DNA of 64,000 bases, taken from the NCBI GenBank assembly GCA_963810635.1, contig CAWEOB010000002.1, positions 2,320-66,319 of the forward strand. Reading direction: 5' to 3'. The position numbers were made by a program, and so were the translations under genes. Under the pieces are notes generated by a model. The model worked only from the letters and a program-made list of their open reading frames with translations. It had not been told where the DNA came from and did no database searches. Shown in pieces: positions 9,530 to 19,624 of this stretch (the first letter of the stretch is position 1; each line of letters starts with the position of its first letter). Source of the stretch: an uncultured Actinomycetes bacterium. Lineage in GTDB: Bacteria; Actinomycetota; UBA4738; HRBIN12.

Positions 9530-10237
9530 CTATCCCGCCGCCACGCAGAACGGACCCTGCGGAGGCTGATCGATGGTGTTCGTCCCTCTCGGCGGACCCA
9601 GGACGACCTCGGACGTGTCGACCGTGACCAGGTCGCCCTCGATCGTGATCTTGAACCGGTCGAGGCCGCGTGGCGCCGGGCCGAGCTGATACTCGCCCGC
9701 GCCGTTGTACTTCGAGCCGTGGCACGGGCACTCGAACCACTTGGACGAGTTGCAGAACGGGACGCGACAACCGAGGTGGACGCACCGCTGGTAGAGCGGC
9801 ATCAGACCGTCGGTCGCGACCTGTTCCTCCGGGTAGTTCGCCAGCCCTTCGCCCGGCTGACCGTTCCAAGGGACCAGGTAGAAGCGGCCCGCTCCGTTGT
9901 AGACGAACCCCTCGGCGTCGGCCTGTGCCTGGAGCTCGGACAGGTTCCCGGCCGTGATCACCGAGCCGAACCCGCCGCGGAGGTTCGGCCACAGGAACGC
10001 GATGGTGCCGGCACCGAACTCGGCCCCGAACACGAGGACCGACGTGATGAGCGACCGACGGAAGAAGTCGCGACGCGACATGGCGGCGACCGGCTTCGAA
10101 GGTGCGGCGCCCGGCTCGGCCGCCGCCGCCGCCTCCCGTGCTCGCCTGCTCGCCTTCATGGACTGCAGCATGAAGATCGTGACGAACAGGATCACGCCGA
10201 GGAGGGCCAGGATCACCGCGATGGTCGCGTTGCTCAT
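9530..10237 (-). CDS. qcrA: Rieske [2Fe-2S] subunit of the cytochrome bc-type complex
   Basis: [10 protein letters not shown]... at 10237. Tat-like SRRDFFRR motif. Rieske boxes CVHLGCRV and CPCHGSKY. Its start overlaps the stop of the upstream gene by 4 nt. Confidence 0.9.
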   Translation of the reverse strand: MSNATIAVILALLGVILFVTIFMLQSMKASRRAREAAAAAEPGAAPSKPVAAMSRRDFFRRSLITSVLVFGAEFGAGTIAFLWPNLRGGFGSVITAGNLSELQAQADAEGFVYNGAGRFYLVPWNGQPGEGLANYPEEQVATDGLMPLYQRCVHLGCRVPFCNSSKWFECPCHGSKYNGAGEYQLGPAPRGLDRFKITIEGDLVTVDTSEVVLGPPRGTNTIDQPPQGPFCVAAG

Positions 10238-11064
10238 AGCTCGAAGAACACCCCTTGCGCCCAGGGCCAGATCCAGTTGTAGCCCGGGCCGCGCATGAAC
10301 GAACCGATGATCGTGAGCACCGCGCCGAACGTGAACAGGATGGTGAACATGGTGATCGCGACCTTGCGATCGCCGGGTCGCACGCTCGGGTTGCGGTCGA
10401 CGAAGGGGACGGCGGCCAGCCCGACGAGGATGAACGTGGGGATCGAGATCCCCGCCACCATGGGGTGGAAGTAGCGGAGCAGCTCCTGGAGTCCCAAGAA
10501 GTACCAGGGCGCCTTCGACGGGTTCGGGGTGAGGTTCGGGTTGGCCACCTCGCGGAGCGGGGCGTTGATGAACGTGGAGAACACCAACAGGCCCGCGAAC
10601 AGGATGAGCATGGCCACGAACTCCTCGATCAGGAGGTGCGGCCACACGTTCACGCGGTCGCCCTGCTCGCGCTCGACCCGCTGGATGCCCTCGGGGGGGA
10701 CGAGGGCGAGGAGCCGGTGCTTGTCGGGCGCGCCCTTCTTCGGCGTGGGGAGGTTCCCCGTAGGCAGAGGAGCCTCGCGCTGCGCGGTGGTGACGGTGGG
10801 TGCGGCCGTGGCGACGGCTGTCGCGGCGGGAGCCGCGGCAGCCGCGGGTGCGGCGGACGCGGGAGCTGCAGCTGCTGCCGCGGCGGGCGCCGCGGCAGCA
10901 GCGGGCCGCTCCTCGACCTCGTCGGGGTGCGCGGCACGGTAGCTCCGGATCGCCTTGGACCGCGCGCGGCCCTCGGCGATCCGACGATCCACGCCGGTGG
11001 CCATCTGCGCGTCGAGCTCCTGCTGGTAGATCTCGAGGTCTTTCGGAGAGTCTTCCCAGGTCAT
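10234..11064 (-). CDS. cytochrome b C-terminal-domain protein (subunit IV / PetD-like) with a long Ala/Pro-rich N-terminal extension
   Basis: 276 aa with a [20 protein letters not shown] motif and three TM helices. The N-terminal roughly 110 aa are low complexity ([35 protein letters not shown]). Confidence 0.85.
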   Translation of the reverse strand: MTWEDSPKDLEIYQQELDAQMATGVDRRIAEGRARSKAIRSYRAAHPDEVEERPAAAAAPAAAAAAAPASAAPAAAAAPAATAVATAAPTVTTAQREAPLPTGNLPTPKKGAPDKHRLLALVPPEGIQRVEREQGDRVNVWPHLLIEEFVAMLILFAGLLVFSTFINAPLREVANPNLTPNPSKAPWYFLGLQELLRYFHPMVAGISIPTFILVGLAAVPFVDRNPSVRPGDRKVAITMFTILFTFGAVLTIIGSFMRGPGYNWIWPWAQGVFFEL

Positions 11065-11072
11065 GTGCGCTC

Positions 11073-11845
11073 CTAGAGAGGGCCCGATACCCGCCGTCCT
11101 TGCGGATCCGCCAGAAGTGGACCGCCAGGAAGATGACCAGCACGAAGGGGAGCGCGAGCACGTGCAAGACGTACCAGCGCAGCAGCGTCTGCGGGCTCAC
11201 GATGGCGCCGCCCAGCAGGAGGAAGTTGGCTTGCTTGGCGATGAACGGCGAGTACCCGGCGAGCGAGGTCCCCACCGTGACCGCCCAGATCGCCAGCTGG
11301 TCCCAAGGGAGCAGGTAGCCGGTGAACGACAGGCCGAGCGTCAGGAACAACAGGACGACCCCGACCACCCAGTTGAACTCGCGCGGCGGCTTGTAGGCGC
11401 CCGTGTAGAAGACACGAGCCATGTGCAACGTGACCGACAGCACCATGAGGTGGGCTCCCCACCGGTGGAGGTTCCGCATCAGATCCCCGAAGAACACACC
11501 GGTGCGGATCGTCTGCATGTCCTGGTACGCGATGGCGCCGCCCAAGTCGGCCATGGGCCGGTAGAAGAACATCAGGAAGATGCCGGTGAGCGTCAGCAGC
11601 ACGAAGAGGAAGAACGAGAGACCACCGAGGCAGAACGTGTAGGTGAGCTTCAAGCCGTGCCGCTTCACCTTCGTGGGGTGCAGGTGGTACAGCACGTTGT
11701 TCATGGTGGCCAGCGCCCGATCGCGCTGCGTGTCCTTGTAGCCCTTCCGGTAGATGGAGCCGGGACGGAAGATGGACTTCCAGACCTCGGTCTCGCGGAG
11801 GCGGTCGCCGACCTGGCTCGGCGACGGCAACTTGATCTTCGCCAC
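11073..11845 (-). CDS. qcrB: cytochrome b6-like subunit (four-helix N-terminal half of cytochrome b), with an apparent 1-nt frameshift near its 3' end (about 11085-11092)
   Basis: GTG 11845 is preceded by GGGGAAGGGGGG. Heme-ligand His pairs occur in [23 protein letters not shown] and [27 protein letters not shown] shift at the GGG run gives ...GG(V)SGPL-stop (TAG at 11075..11073), followed by AGGAG and the ATG of the next gene. Without the shift, the ORF reads through three genes (793-aa artefact). Confidence 0.85.
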
Positions 11846-11943
11846 GTCCCCCCTTCCCCTGGCTACCGGCTGTCCGGCCGCGTCACGTCCGGCTGTATCA
11901 CGTCGGTCCAAGCCCCTCGGTCATCGCGGTTCGTTCCCCTGGA

Positions 11944-12339
11944 TCACTCCGGCGCAGCCTGTGAGGTCGGCACGTCGGCCATGGTGCGCGCTCCACCCGA
12001 CGCCTCGGGCAGTCGCGCATAGTACAGCGTGTCGGTGGGGCAGCGATCGACACAGACGGAGCACCGGGTGCAGGCGTTGTCGTCGACCACGAAGATCGCG
12101 TTGGAAGCTCCGACCTCGGCGCCGACGGCTTCCTCGGCGGCTCCTTCGACGATGTCCGGGGACATCATCCAGATGCAGTTCCACGGGCAGACGTCCTCGC
12201 AGGCCCGGCACAAGATGCAGTTGTCGGGGTCGAGCATGAGATGTTTCGGGGACTTCACGCCCTGGCTGAGCCACGTGACGTCGACGGCCTCGACGACGTA
12301 GTCGTCGTGGATGTCCACCTCGGTCTTGTTGAAGGGCAT
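11944..12339 (-). CDS. 2x[4Fe-4S] ferredoxin-type protein encoded inside the Rieske/cyt b operon
   Basis: 131 aa with two CxxCxxCxxxCP motifs (CILCRACEDVCP, CTRCSVCVDRCP). ATG 12339 is preceded by TAGGAGCGCCG, which includes the stop of the upstream gene. Confidence 0.85.
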   Translation of the reverse strand: MPFNKTEVDIHDDYVVEAVDVTWLSQGVKSPKHLMLDPDNCILCRACEDVCPWNCIWMMSPDIVEGAAEEAVGAEVGASNAIFVVDDNACTRCSVCVDRCPTDTLYYARLPEASGGARTMADVPTSQAAPE

Positions 12340-12347
12340 CGGCGCTC

Positions 12348-12798
12348 CTAGCGGTATCCGCCCGTCGGCCTCGTGTCGCCCGAGCCGCCCCGCAGCTTCT
12401 TCCGCCAGTTCTGCATGGCGGCCGCGACCACGAGCACGGTGATGATCGGTCCTGTCGTCAGGCCCATGGCGATGGCATCGCGGAGTTGCAGCAGCGTCTC
12501 ATCGCTCGGGACCGGGAAGCTGTTGAAGAACCAGACGCTCTCCCAGACGAAGGGCTGCTTCAGGAAGGCCTCGAAGATCCGTGGGACCGCCCCAGCCGAG
12601 GGTCTGCTCGGAGAAGTACATCCAGAACGACGGCATGACCGCCGACGTCATCAACAGGAAGAAGATGAGTGCGAAGGAGAACAGGACGGCGTTCGTCCAG
12701 GACCACTCGAAGTCGCGGACGGATGTCTCCATCCGGGAACGCATGCCATGGGTCCGCTGCTTGAGCGGAGACTTCGTGACGACGTCGACCTGGCTCAT
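12348..12798 (-). CDS. small membrane protein, first gene of the Rieske/cyt b operon, with an apparent frameshift around 12576-12594
   Basis: ORF 12499..12798 (MSQVDVV...WTNAVLFSFALIFFLLMTSAVMPSFWMYFSEQTLGW) loses sense. The adjacent frame, by my translation, reads RIFEAFLKQPFVWESVWFFNSFPVPSDETLLQLRDAIAMGLTTGPIITVLVVAAAMQNWRKK... and ends at TAG 12350..12348. Confidence 0.5.
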
Positions 12799-12918
12799 GC
12801 CCCCGTCCGTTCCGTAGCGGGCCGCATCATAACAACCGCTCTTCTCGCCGGAGCCCTGCCCTGCATGCTCGTTCCCTCGTCGTCGGGACCGCCATGTCGT
12901 CCGTCCGTCCCCGCCGAC

Positions 12919-12948
12919 GAGCGCTCGTGAATCCTTTCACGAGCGCTC
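12919..12948. promoter_or_regulatory. 30-nt perfect inverted repeat with a Rex-operator-like core (TCGTGAA-N4-TTCACGA) in the divergent region between the Rieske/cyt b operon and ccdA
   Basis: gagcgctcgtgaa-tcct-ttcacgagcgctc, read directly. The core at 12925..12942 differs from TTGTGAA-N4-TTCACAA at two symmetric positions. Confidence 0.55.
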
Positions 12949-13077
12949 CCGCCCACTATGGCGGCAGGCTGGACCTCAGACAACCCAGCGGGTGCGGGGG
13001 CGACCGCTCCTACACTTGGCATCCGGCGCGGGGCCGGGAGGCGAGGCCCGGCTCAGCCAATGGGACGGTGCGATCGG

Positions 13078-13830
13078 ATGAGGATGGTGCTCGCGGACAC
13101 GGCGAACGTGGCGCAGTGGTGGGCGCCCGCGCTCGCTTTCCTGGCCGGCGCGGTGTCGTTCGCGAGCCCGTGCGTGTTCCCGCTCGTGCCGGGCTACCTG
13201 GCGTTCGTGACCGGCGAGAGCGTCGTGGACGACCCGGTTCCGGCCGAGGGTGCGAAGCGGGTGCGCCTCGTCCCCATCCTCCTGTTCATCGGTGGATTCA
13301 CCCTGGTGTTCACCCTGTACGGCGCCTTCTCCACCACGTTCGTCAAGATCTTCAAGGGGACGGCGGGACAGGCGATCGCCGGGGCGTTCGTGGTGTTCCT
13401 CGGACTCCTCATGGTGGGCTACGGGCTGCGGACGGGACCGCTCGCCCTCTACGCGGAGCGGCGCCCCCTGCTCGAGAGGATCCGGCCCGGATCTGCCGGC
13501 GCGTTCCCCCTCGGGATGGCGTTCGCCGCCGGATGGACGCCGTGCATCGGGCCGGTCCTCGCCGCGATCCTGCTCGTGGCGTCCCAGCAGAGCGCGGGGC
13601 GTGGCGCCTTCCTGCTGATCTGCTACTCCCTCGGGTTGGGCCTCCCGTTCCTCTTGATCGGGGTGGGGATCCAATGGCTGACGGGTGTGCTCACGTGGGT
13701 GAAACGCCACTACGCCACGATCGCGATCGTGTCGGGGGCCCTCCTCGTCGGTGTGGGCGTGCTCCTGATGACGGGCCTCTTCACGCGCTACCTCGTGACG
13801 CCGTTACAACGGTTCGCTCCCCAGCTGTGA
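13078..13830 (+). CDS. ccdA: cytochrome c biogenesis thiol-reductant transporter CcdA
   Basis: Frame of ORF 12958..13830. Contains FLAGAVSFASPCVFPLVPGYLAF and AAGWTPCIGPVLAAIL, the two conserved Cys motifs of the DsbD/CcdA family. Start could be ATG 13078, ATG 13084 or GTG 13087. Confidence 0.88.
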   Translation: MRMVLADTANVAQWWAPALAFLAGAVSFASPCVFPLVPGYLAFVTGESVVDDPVPAEGAKRVRLVPILLFIGGFTLVFTLYGAFSTTFVKIFKGTAGQAIAGAFVVFLGLLMVGYGLRTGPLALYAERRPLLERIRPGSAGAFPLGMAFAAGWTPCIGPVLAAILLVASQQSAGRGAFLLICYSLGLGLPFLLIGVGIQWLTGVLTWVKRHYATIAIVSGALLVGVGVLLMTGLFTRYLVTPLQRFAPQL

Positions 13831-13908
13831 GCATGACCGTGGCAGTGGGACCGCGCGTGGTGTCCCGTGCCGCTCACGCGGACGCTCGCAGTAGCATCCG
13901 AAGACCGC

Positions 13909-15533
13909 ATGGCTCCCTCGGCCCCAACCTCAGCGGCTCGGCCCACGGTCCGGCGCTCCCTCGCCGTGGCGTGGCGGTCCTTGCGCTCGATGCGCACCGC
14001 ACTGATCCTGCTGCTGCTGCTCGCGCTGGCGTCGGTAGCCGGATCCTCCTCCCGCAGATCCCCAACAGCCCCGATCGGGTCGCTCGCTACCTCACGGATC
14101 ACCCCGTCGTCGGTGAGCTGTTCTGGCGTCTCGGCCTGTTCGACGTGTTCGGTTCCTGGTGGTTCGCCCTCATCACGATCCTGCTCTTCGTGTCCCTGAT
14201 CGCGTGCCTCCTCCCGAGGTCGCGCGCGATGGTCCGCACGCTGCGCCAGCGCCCGGTCCAGGCGCGGGAGCTCGACGGGTTCCGTCATGTGGCCGTGCTC
14301 ACCGTCCCCGGCGAGCCCGACGCGGCGGTCGTGACCGCACGCCGCGTGCTGGCCAGACGCTTCTACCGTGTCGAGGCCGCCGCCGACGGGCAGGCGCTCG
14401 CCGCCGACAAGGGAGCCCTCCGTGAGATCGGCAGCCTGGTCTTCCACTGGGCGTTCGTGCTGTTGCTGCTCGGCGTGGTGGTCGGGAAGGGATTCGGGTA
14501 CAGCGGCCGGGCAACGATCGCGGAAGGTCAGACCTGGACCGACGCGGCGGCGAACTACGACCCCCTCTCGCTGCGAGCCGGTCGGTTCTTCGCGGGAGAG
14601 CACACGGGGGTCGGGGTCCGGCTCGTGTCCTTCCGGAACGACTTCCGCGCCAGCGGCGTCCCGATGGACTTCGTCTCCGCGATCCAGGTGCTCGACCCGG
14701 ACGGGAACGTGGTGCGCGACGAAGACGTCCGTGTGAACCACCCGGCCGAGTACGGAGGAATCCGCATCTTCCAGTTCGGGTTCGGATGGGCGCCCGTGGT
14801 CACCGTCGACGACGATGGGGAGGCGATAGCCGACGGGCCGATCGTGATGGGGCAGGCGACCGCTCCGCAGGGTGTGTCGCAGCTCGCGATGCCGTGGCGG
14901 GGCTTCGTGAAGCTCCCCGGGCTCCGGCCGCAGGTCGCCGTCCAGCTGGAGCTGTGGCCCGACAGCGAGGCGTACGTCCGGAGCATCGAGACGGGGATGC
15001 CGCAGCCGATGGTGGGAGAGAACGCTCCGTTCATGCGCTACACGGTCTGGTCCGGCCGGCTCCTGGATCCGTCGCTCGCCGAGCTGGACACGCGGTTCAT
15101 GGAGGAGGTCGGCAGCGGCGTGATCGGTGCCGGGCAGACCGTCGACCTCGGGCACCGGTGTGTGGTCGACGCCCCCGGTGAGGAGCCCGGCGCCTCGTCG
15201 TGCCCTGCGGGCACGACGACCCGCCTCACCATGTCCTTCCCCGATCTGGTCCACTACTCCGTGCTGCAGGTGACGAAGGACGTGGGTGTCCCCATCGTGC
15301 TCGCCGCGGCTATCCTCCTGCTGATGGGGCTCCTGCCCGCCCTCTACACGTCTCGCCGCAAGCTCTGGGTCCGCGCGGAACCTGCCGAGCACGGCACCAC
15401 GTTGCTGATCGGCGGGTTCGCGCTCCAGCGCAAGCCACAGTTCGAGGAGGAGTTCGCATCCGTGGTCGCAGCGATCGCGGAAGCGGCCGGTGGGACGTCG
15501 GCATCGACGCGGGAGATGGTGGGGGCGAGATGA
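13909..15533 (+). CDS. resB: cytochrome c biogenesis protein ResB/CcsB, with an apparent frameshift at 14041-14053
   Basis: The N-terminus (MAPSAPTSAARPTVRRSLAVAWRSLRSMRTALILLLLLALASVAGS) is in ORF 13867... The rest (LLPQIPNSPDRVARYL...WWFALITILLFVSLIAC...HYSVLQVTKD) is in the frame of ORF 12894..15533. The break falls on GGATCCTCC. Confidence 0.85.
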
Positions 15534-16498
15534 CCGAGCTCGAGCTGGCGAGGTGGTCGAAGGACCTCTTCAACGTGGCGCTGTTCGCCTACATCGCGGC
15601 CATGGTGGCCTCGTTCGGGTTCCTCGCCTTCCGGGCGAAGGCGTTGGCGTGGATCTCCACCGGGCTCGGCGTGGCGGGGCTCCTGGCCAACGTGACGTCC
15701 ATCGTGACCCGGGGGATGGCGGCCGGCCGGACCCCGTGGGGCAACATGTACGAGTACTCGGCCGTCCTCGCGGCGTTGATCGTGGTGGCGTACCTGGTCG
15801 GCGTCGAGTGGCGCTCGCACATCCGGGCGTTGGGCGGGTTCGTCTACGCGTTCGTCGTGTTCACGATGGCGATGGCCGTGCAGTTCTTCTACGTGGGGCC
15901 CACGGATCTGCTCCCCGCCCTCAACTCCTACTGGCGCCAGATCCACGTCACCTCGATGATCACGGCGTCCTCGCTCCTGGGGATCGGGTGCGTGTTCACG
16001 ATCCTGTACCTGGTGAAGGACCGATCCGAGACCCGGCAGCTCCGGGCCATCCGCTCACAGGAGCCGCCGCCGATCCTCGGCGGCGCCATCGACGCCGACG
16101 CGGCTGCCGACCTTCCGGCCGACCTGCTGCCGGAGGCAGGCGAACCGGACGCGCCTGCGGCGCATCCGGTTCGCCGCGGCGTCTTGCCGGCGGCCGCCAC
16201 GCTCGACCGGCTGGCGTACCGCTTCATCGCGTTCGGGTTCCCCATCTGGACCTTCGGCACCATCTGCGGCGCGATCTGGGCGCAAGAGGCGTGGGGGCGG
16301 TACTGGGGGTGGGACCCCAAGGAAACGTGGGCGTTCATCACCTGGGTGATCTTCGCCGGCTACCTCCATGCTCGGGCCACCGTGGGTTGGAAGGGACGGC
16401 GGGCCGCGGTGATCGCCCTGGTGGGCTTCGTCAGCTTGTTCGTGACGTACTACGCGGTGAACCTGTGGATCAGCGGTCTGCATTCCTACGCGACGTGA
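15530..16498 (+). CDS. ccsA: cytochrome c-type biogenesis protein CcsA/ResC (heme handling)
   Basis: ATG 15530 overlaps the resB stop (ATGA). Contains the WGRYWGWDPKETWAFITW tryptophan-rich heme-binding motif and multiple TM helices. Confidence 0.9.
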   Translation: MTELELARWSKDLFNVALFAYIAAMVASFGFLAFRAKALAWISTGLGVAGLLANVTSIVTRGMAAGRTPWGNMYEYSAVLAALIVVAYLVGVEWRSHIRALGGFVYAFVVFTMAMAVQFFYVGPTDLLPALNSYWRQIHVTSMITASSLLGIGCVFTILYLVKDRSETRQLRAIRSQEPPPILGGAIDADAAADLPADLLPEAGEPDAPAAHPVRRGVLPAAATLDRLAYRFIAFGFPIWTFGTICGAIWAQEAWGRYWGWDPKETWAFITWVIFAGYLHARATVGWKGRRAAVIALVGFVSLFVTYYAVNLWISGLHSYAT

Positions 16499-16596
16499 GC
16501 AGGCGGCCCTGGCGCGGCGGGGGCCGATGATAGAGTCCTCGCGCCCGCGCCCCGAGCGGGGTACGCCACCACCTGATCGTGGGGAGAGGTAGGGAC

Positions 16597-17707
16597 GTGC
16601 GCAAGCGTTGGTTGTGGGTCTTCGCCCCGTTGGCCCTGACCTTGCTCCTGGCGGCGTGCTCCCAGGCACCCCACCCACAAGACACGATGGACCCGGCGTC
16701 GGACACGGCGCAGAAGCAGAAGGATCCTCCTGATCCCAGTGCTGTGGGTGGCGGGCGTCGTGTTCGTGGTGGTGGAGGGCGGCATCATCCTCATCTCGCT
16801 CCGCTTCCGCCACAAGAAGGATCAAGAGCGGTTGCCGAAGCAGATCCACGGCAACACGCGTCTGGAGGTGGGGTGGACGATCCTCCCGGCCCTCGTCCTG
16901 GCGGGCGTGATGGTGCCCACCATCTCGTTGATCTGGGAGCTGGCCGAGCAGCCGTCGGATGCGCTCCACGTCTCGGCGAAGGGCTACCAATGGTGGTGGG
17001 GGTTCGAGTACACGGACCCCGACATGACGGTCTCGTGGGCCGAGAACGACCCCATCACCACGGCCGACGTCATGGTGGTGCCGCTCGGACGGACGGTGGA
17101 TATCTCGGTCCAGTCGGCGGGCGGCCTCGTGAGCGGCCCCGGTCCCGATGGGGAACCCAATCCCGACCACCAGGTCATCCATTCGTTCTGGGCGCCACGC
17201 TTGTTCGGCAAGCAGGATGCGGTTCCGAACCGGACGAACCACATCGTGTTCACAGCGGAAGAGACCGGCACGTTCCTTGGTCAATGCGCGGAGTTCTGCG
17301 GTCTCCAGCACGGTCGGATGAAGTTCCGGATCGTGGTCCTCGAGCCGGGCGACTGGGACGACTGGGTGGCTGCGAGGAAGCTCCCGGCGGCCGAGCCCAC
17401 CGACGAGCTCGAGCGACGGGGGATGGACCTGTTCCTCAACGGGAAGTTCGCGGCCGGGCAGTGCATCGCGTGCCACACCATCGGTGGCACCGACGCCGCA
17501 GGCATCGGCGGCCCGAACCTGACGCACTTCGCGGCTCCCACCCATGAGTGTTTCGCCGGCTGCGATTGGGAGACGGATGACGTGGAGGCGCTGAAGGCGT
17601 GGCTCCGTGACCCGAACGCAGTGAAGCTCGGTGCGAAGATGCCGGACTATCAGCTCGAAGAAGATGAGATTGATGCCCTGACCGCCTACCTCTTGAGCTT
17701 GACGTGA
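16597..17707 (+). CDS. ctaC: cytochrome c oxidase subunit II with a fused C-terminal cytochrome c domain (caa3-type), with an apparent frameshift at about 16720-16726
   Basis: The lipoprotein-like N-terminus (VRKRWLWVFAPLALTLLLAACS) is in ORF 16579... The body is in ORF 16739..17707, with the CuA site CAEFCGLQHGRM and the heme c site CIACH. The break falls on GGATCC. Confidence 0.9.
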
Positions 17708-17747
17708 TGCCGTTCGACGATCGAGCCGTGCCCGAAGGGGTGGATCC

Positions 17748-19619
17748 ATGGCCAGCGTGAGCATGCCTGCTCGGCGCGGAGCCTTCCACCGCCCCACCGC
17801 CACCACCGGGGCGTGGAGCTGGTTGACCACGGTCGACCACAAGAAGATCGGGATCATGTACGGCGTGGCGGGCTTCACCTTCTTCCTGATCGGAGGGGTC
17901 GAGGCCCTGCTGATCCGCGCGCAGCTGGCGCAGCCCGACGGCACGCTGCTGAACGCGGCGGAGTACAACCAGATCTTCACGATGCACGGCGTCACCATGA
18001 TCTTCCTCTTCGTGATGCCCATGGGCGCCGCGTTCTTCAACTACCTGATCCCCCTCATGATCGGGGCTCGTGACGTGGCGTTCCCACGTTTGAACGCCTT
18101 CTCGTTCTGGGCGTTCTCGGCAGGCGCGCTCTTCCTGTACTCGAGCTGGTTCCTCGGTGGGGCGCCGAACGGCGGCTGGTTCGGCTACGCGCCGAACTCG
18201 ACCACCGACCCCACGATCGGCATGTCGTTCTACGCGCTCGGGCTGCTGATCACGGGCGTGGCGTCCACGGTGGGCGCCGTGAACCTCGCCGTGACCGTGA
18301 TCAACATGCGCGCCCCGGGCATGTCGTTGTTCCGGACACCGGTGTTCGTGTGGATGGGCCTCGTGGTGCAGTTCCTGTTGATCTTCTCGCTGCCCATCAT
18401 CACCGTGGCGCTGTTCGAGATGCTCTTCGACCGCCGGTGGGACACCACGTTCTTCGATCCGACCCGGGGTGGCGACCCCGTCCTGTGGCAGCACATGTTC
18501 TGGCTGTTCGGGCACCCCGAGGTCTACATCCTGATCCTGCCGGCGTTCGGGATCTTCTCCGAGGTCCTCCCCGTGTTCAGCCGCAAGCCGCTGTTCGGCT
18601 ACCAGTTCGTGGTCTTCAGCGGGATCGCGATCGGCTTCATCGGGTTCGGCGTGTGGGCGCACCACATGTTCGCGGTGGGGCTCGGCCCGGTTGCCAACAC
18701 GGCGTTCGGGATCTCCACAGCGATCATCGCCGTGCCCACCGGCATCAAGATCTTCAACTGGATGGGGACGATGTACGGCGGGGATATCCGGTTCAGGTCC
18801 GCCATGCTCTTCTCCGTCGGCGGCGTGCTCATGTTCGTGATCGGCGGGCTGTCGGGGGTGACCCATGCCGTCGTGCCGTCGGACTACCAGCAGACCGACA
18901 CCTACTACATCGTGGCGCACTTCCACTACGTGATCTTCGGGGGCGGCGTGTTCGCGTTCTTCTCCGGGATGTTCTATTGGTGGCCGAAGATCTTCGCGCG
19001 GATGCTCAACGAGCGCCTCGGCATCCTCCAGTTCTGGCTGATGGCGATCGGGTTCAACCTCACGTTCGGCCCCATGCACATCCTCGGACTCCAGGGCATG
19101 ATCCGGCGCGAGTACACGTATCCGGAGGGCCTCGGACTGACCTTCTGGAACCAGGTGGCCTCCGTGGGCTCCTTCCTGATCGCCCTCTCGGTCCTGGTGT
19201 TCGTCGTGAACCTGGTCGTCACGCGCCGGAAGCCGAAGGGCCTCGAGAACGAGGACCCGTGGGATGCGCGGACGCTCGAGTGGACCACCTCGTGTCCGCC
19301 CCCCGCCTACAACTTCGAGGAGATCCCCGTCGTCAGCTCGCTCGACGAGTTCTGGCACCGGAAGTACGCCACGGACAAGGAAGGCCGCACGATCCGCGTG
19401 CCCGCGGGTGCCGCTCCTGCCCATGACGACGCCGAGGCGCACGGCGGCGGCCACGGGATCCACCTTCCCAGTCCGTCGTTCTGGCCGCTCATCGTGGCGC
19501 TCGGGCTCCCGATCCTCGCGTACGGTGCCCTGTGGTCGTGGTGGCTGGTGGGGGCCGGCGCGCTGGTCACGGTGATCGGTGCCTACGGATGGGCCCTCGA
19601 GCCCTCGGTGGCGGAGTGA
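17748..19619 (+). CDS. ctaD: cytochrome c oxidase subunit I with a roughly 60-aa two-helix C-terminal extension
   Basis: 623 aa with WLTTVDHKKIGIMYG, GHPEVYILILP and VAHFHYVIFGG motifs. The tail is HGIHLPSPSFWPLIVALGLPILAYGALWSWWLVGAGALVTVIGAYGWALEP. Confidence 0.95.
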   Translation: MASVSMPARRGAFHRPTATTGAWSWLTTVDHKKIGIMYGVAGFTFFLIGGVEALLIRAQLAQPDGTLLNAAEYNQIFTMHGVTMIFLFVMPMGAAFFNYLIPLMIGARDVAFPRLNAFSFWAFSAGALFLYSSWFLGGAPNGGWFGYAPNSTTDPTIGMSFYALGLLITGVASTVGAVNLAVTVINMRAPGMSLFRTPVFVWMGLVVQFLLIFSLPIITVALFEMLFDRRWDTTFFDPTRGGDPVLWQHMFWLFGHPEVYILILPAFGIFSEVLPVFSRKPLFGYQFVVFSGIAIGFIGFGVWAHHMFAVGLGPVANTAFGISTAIIAVPTGIKIFNWMGTMYGGDIRFRSAMLFSVGGVLMFVIGGLSGVTHAVVPSDYQQTDTYYIVAHFHYVIFGGGVFAFFSGMFYWWPKIFARMLNERLGILQFWLMAIGFNLTFGPMHILGLQGMIRREYTYPEGLGLTFWNQVASVGSFLIALSVLVFVVNLVVTRRKPKGLENEDPWDARTLEWTTSCPPPAYNFEEIPVVSSLDEFWHRKYATDKEGRTIRVPAGAAPAHDDAEAHGGGHGIHLPSPSFWPLIVALGLPILAYGALWSWWLVGAGALVTVIGAYGWALEPSVAE

Positions 19620-19624
19620 GCCGG

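Noticed and set aside
10780-10930. Possible tandem-repeat or CRISPR-like array in the GCN-rich stretch
   Set aside because: It is in-frame coding low complexity (an Ala/Pro tract) with no regular repeat-spacer periodicity. No cas genes occur anywhere in the window.
9530-11911. 793-aa ORF that looks like a giant fused cytochrome b / Rieske protein
   Set aside because: It is a read-through artefact. The N-terminal part is cytochrome b6 and the C-terminal part is the Rieske protein. The middle is Arg/Pro/Gly-rich nonsense antisense-frame text overlapping the real subunit IV ORF (10234..11064). A 1-nt shift at the GGG run near 11090 restores a normal b6 stop.
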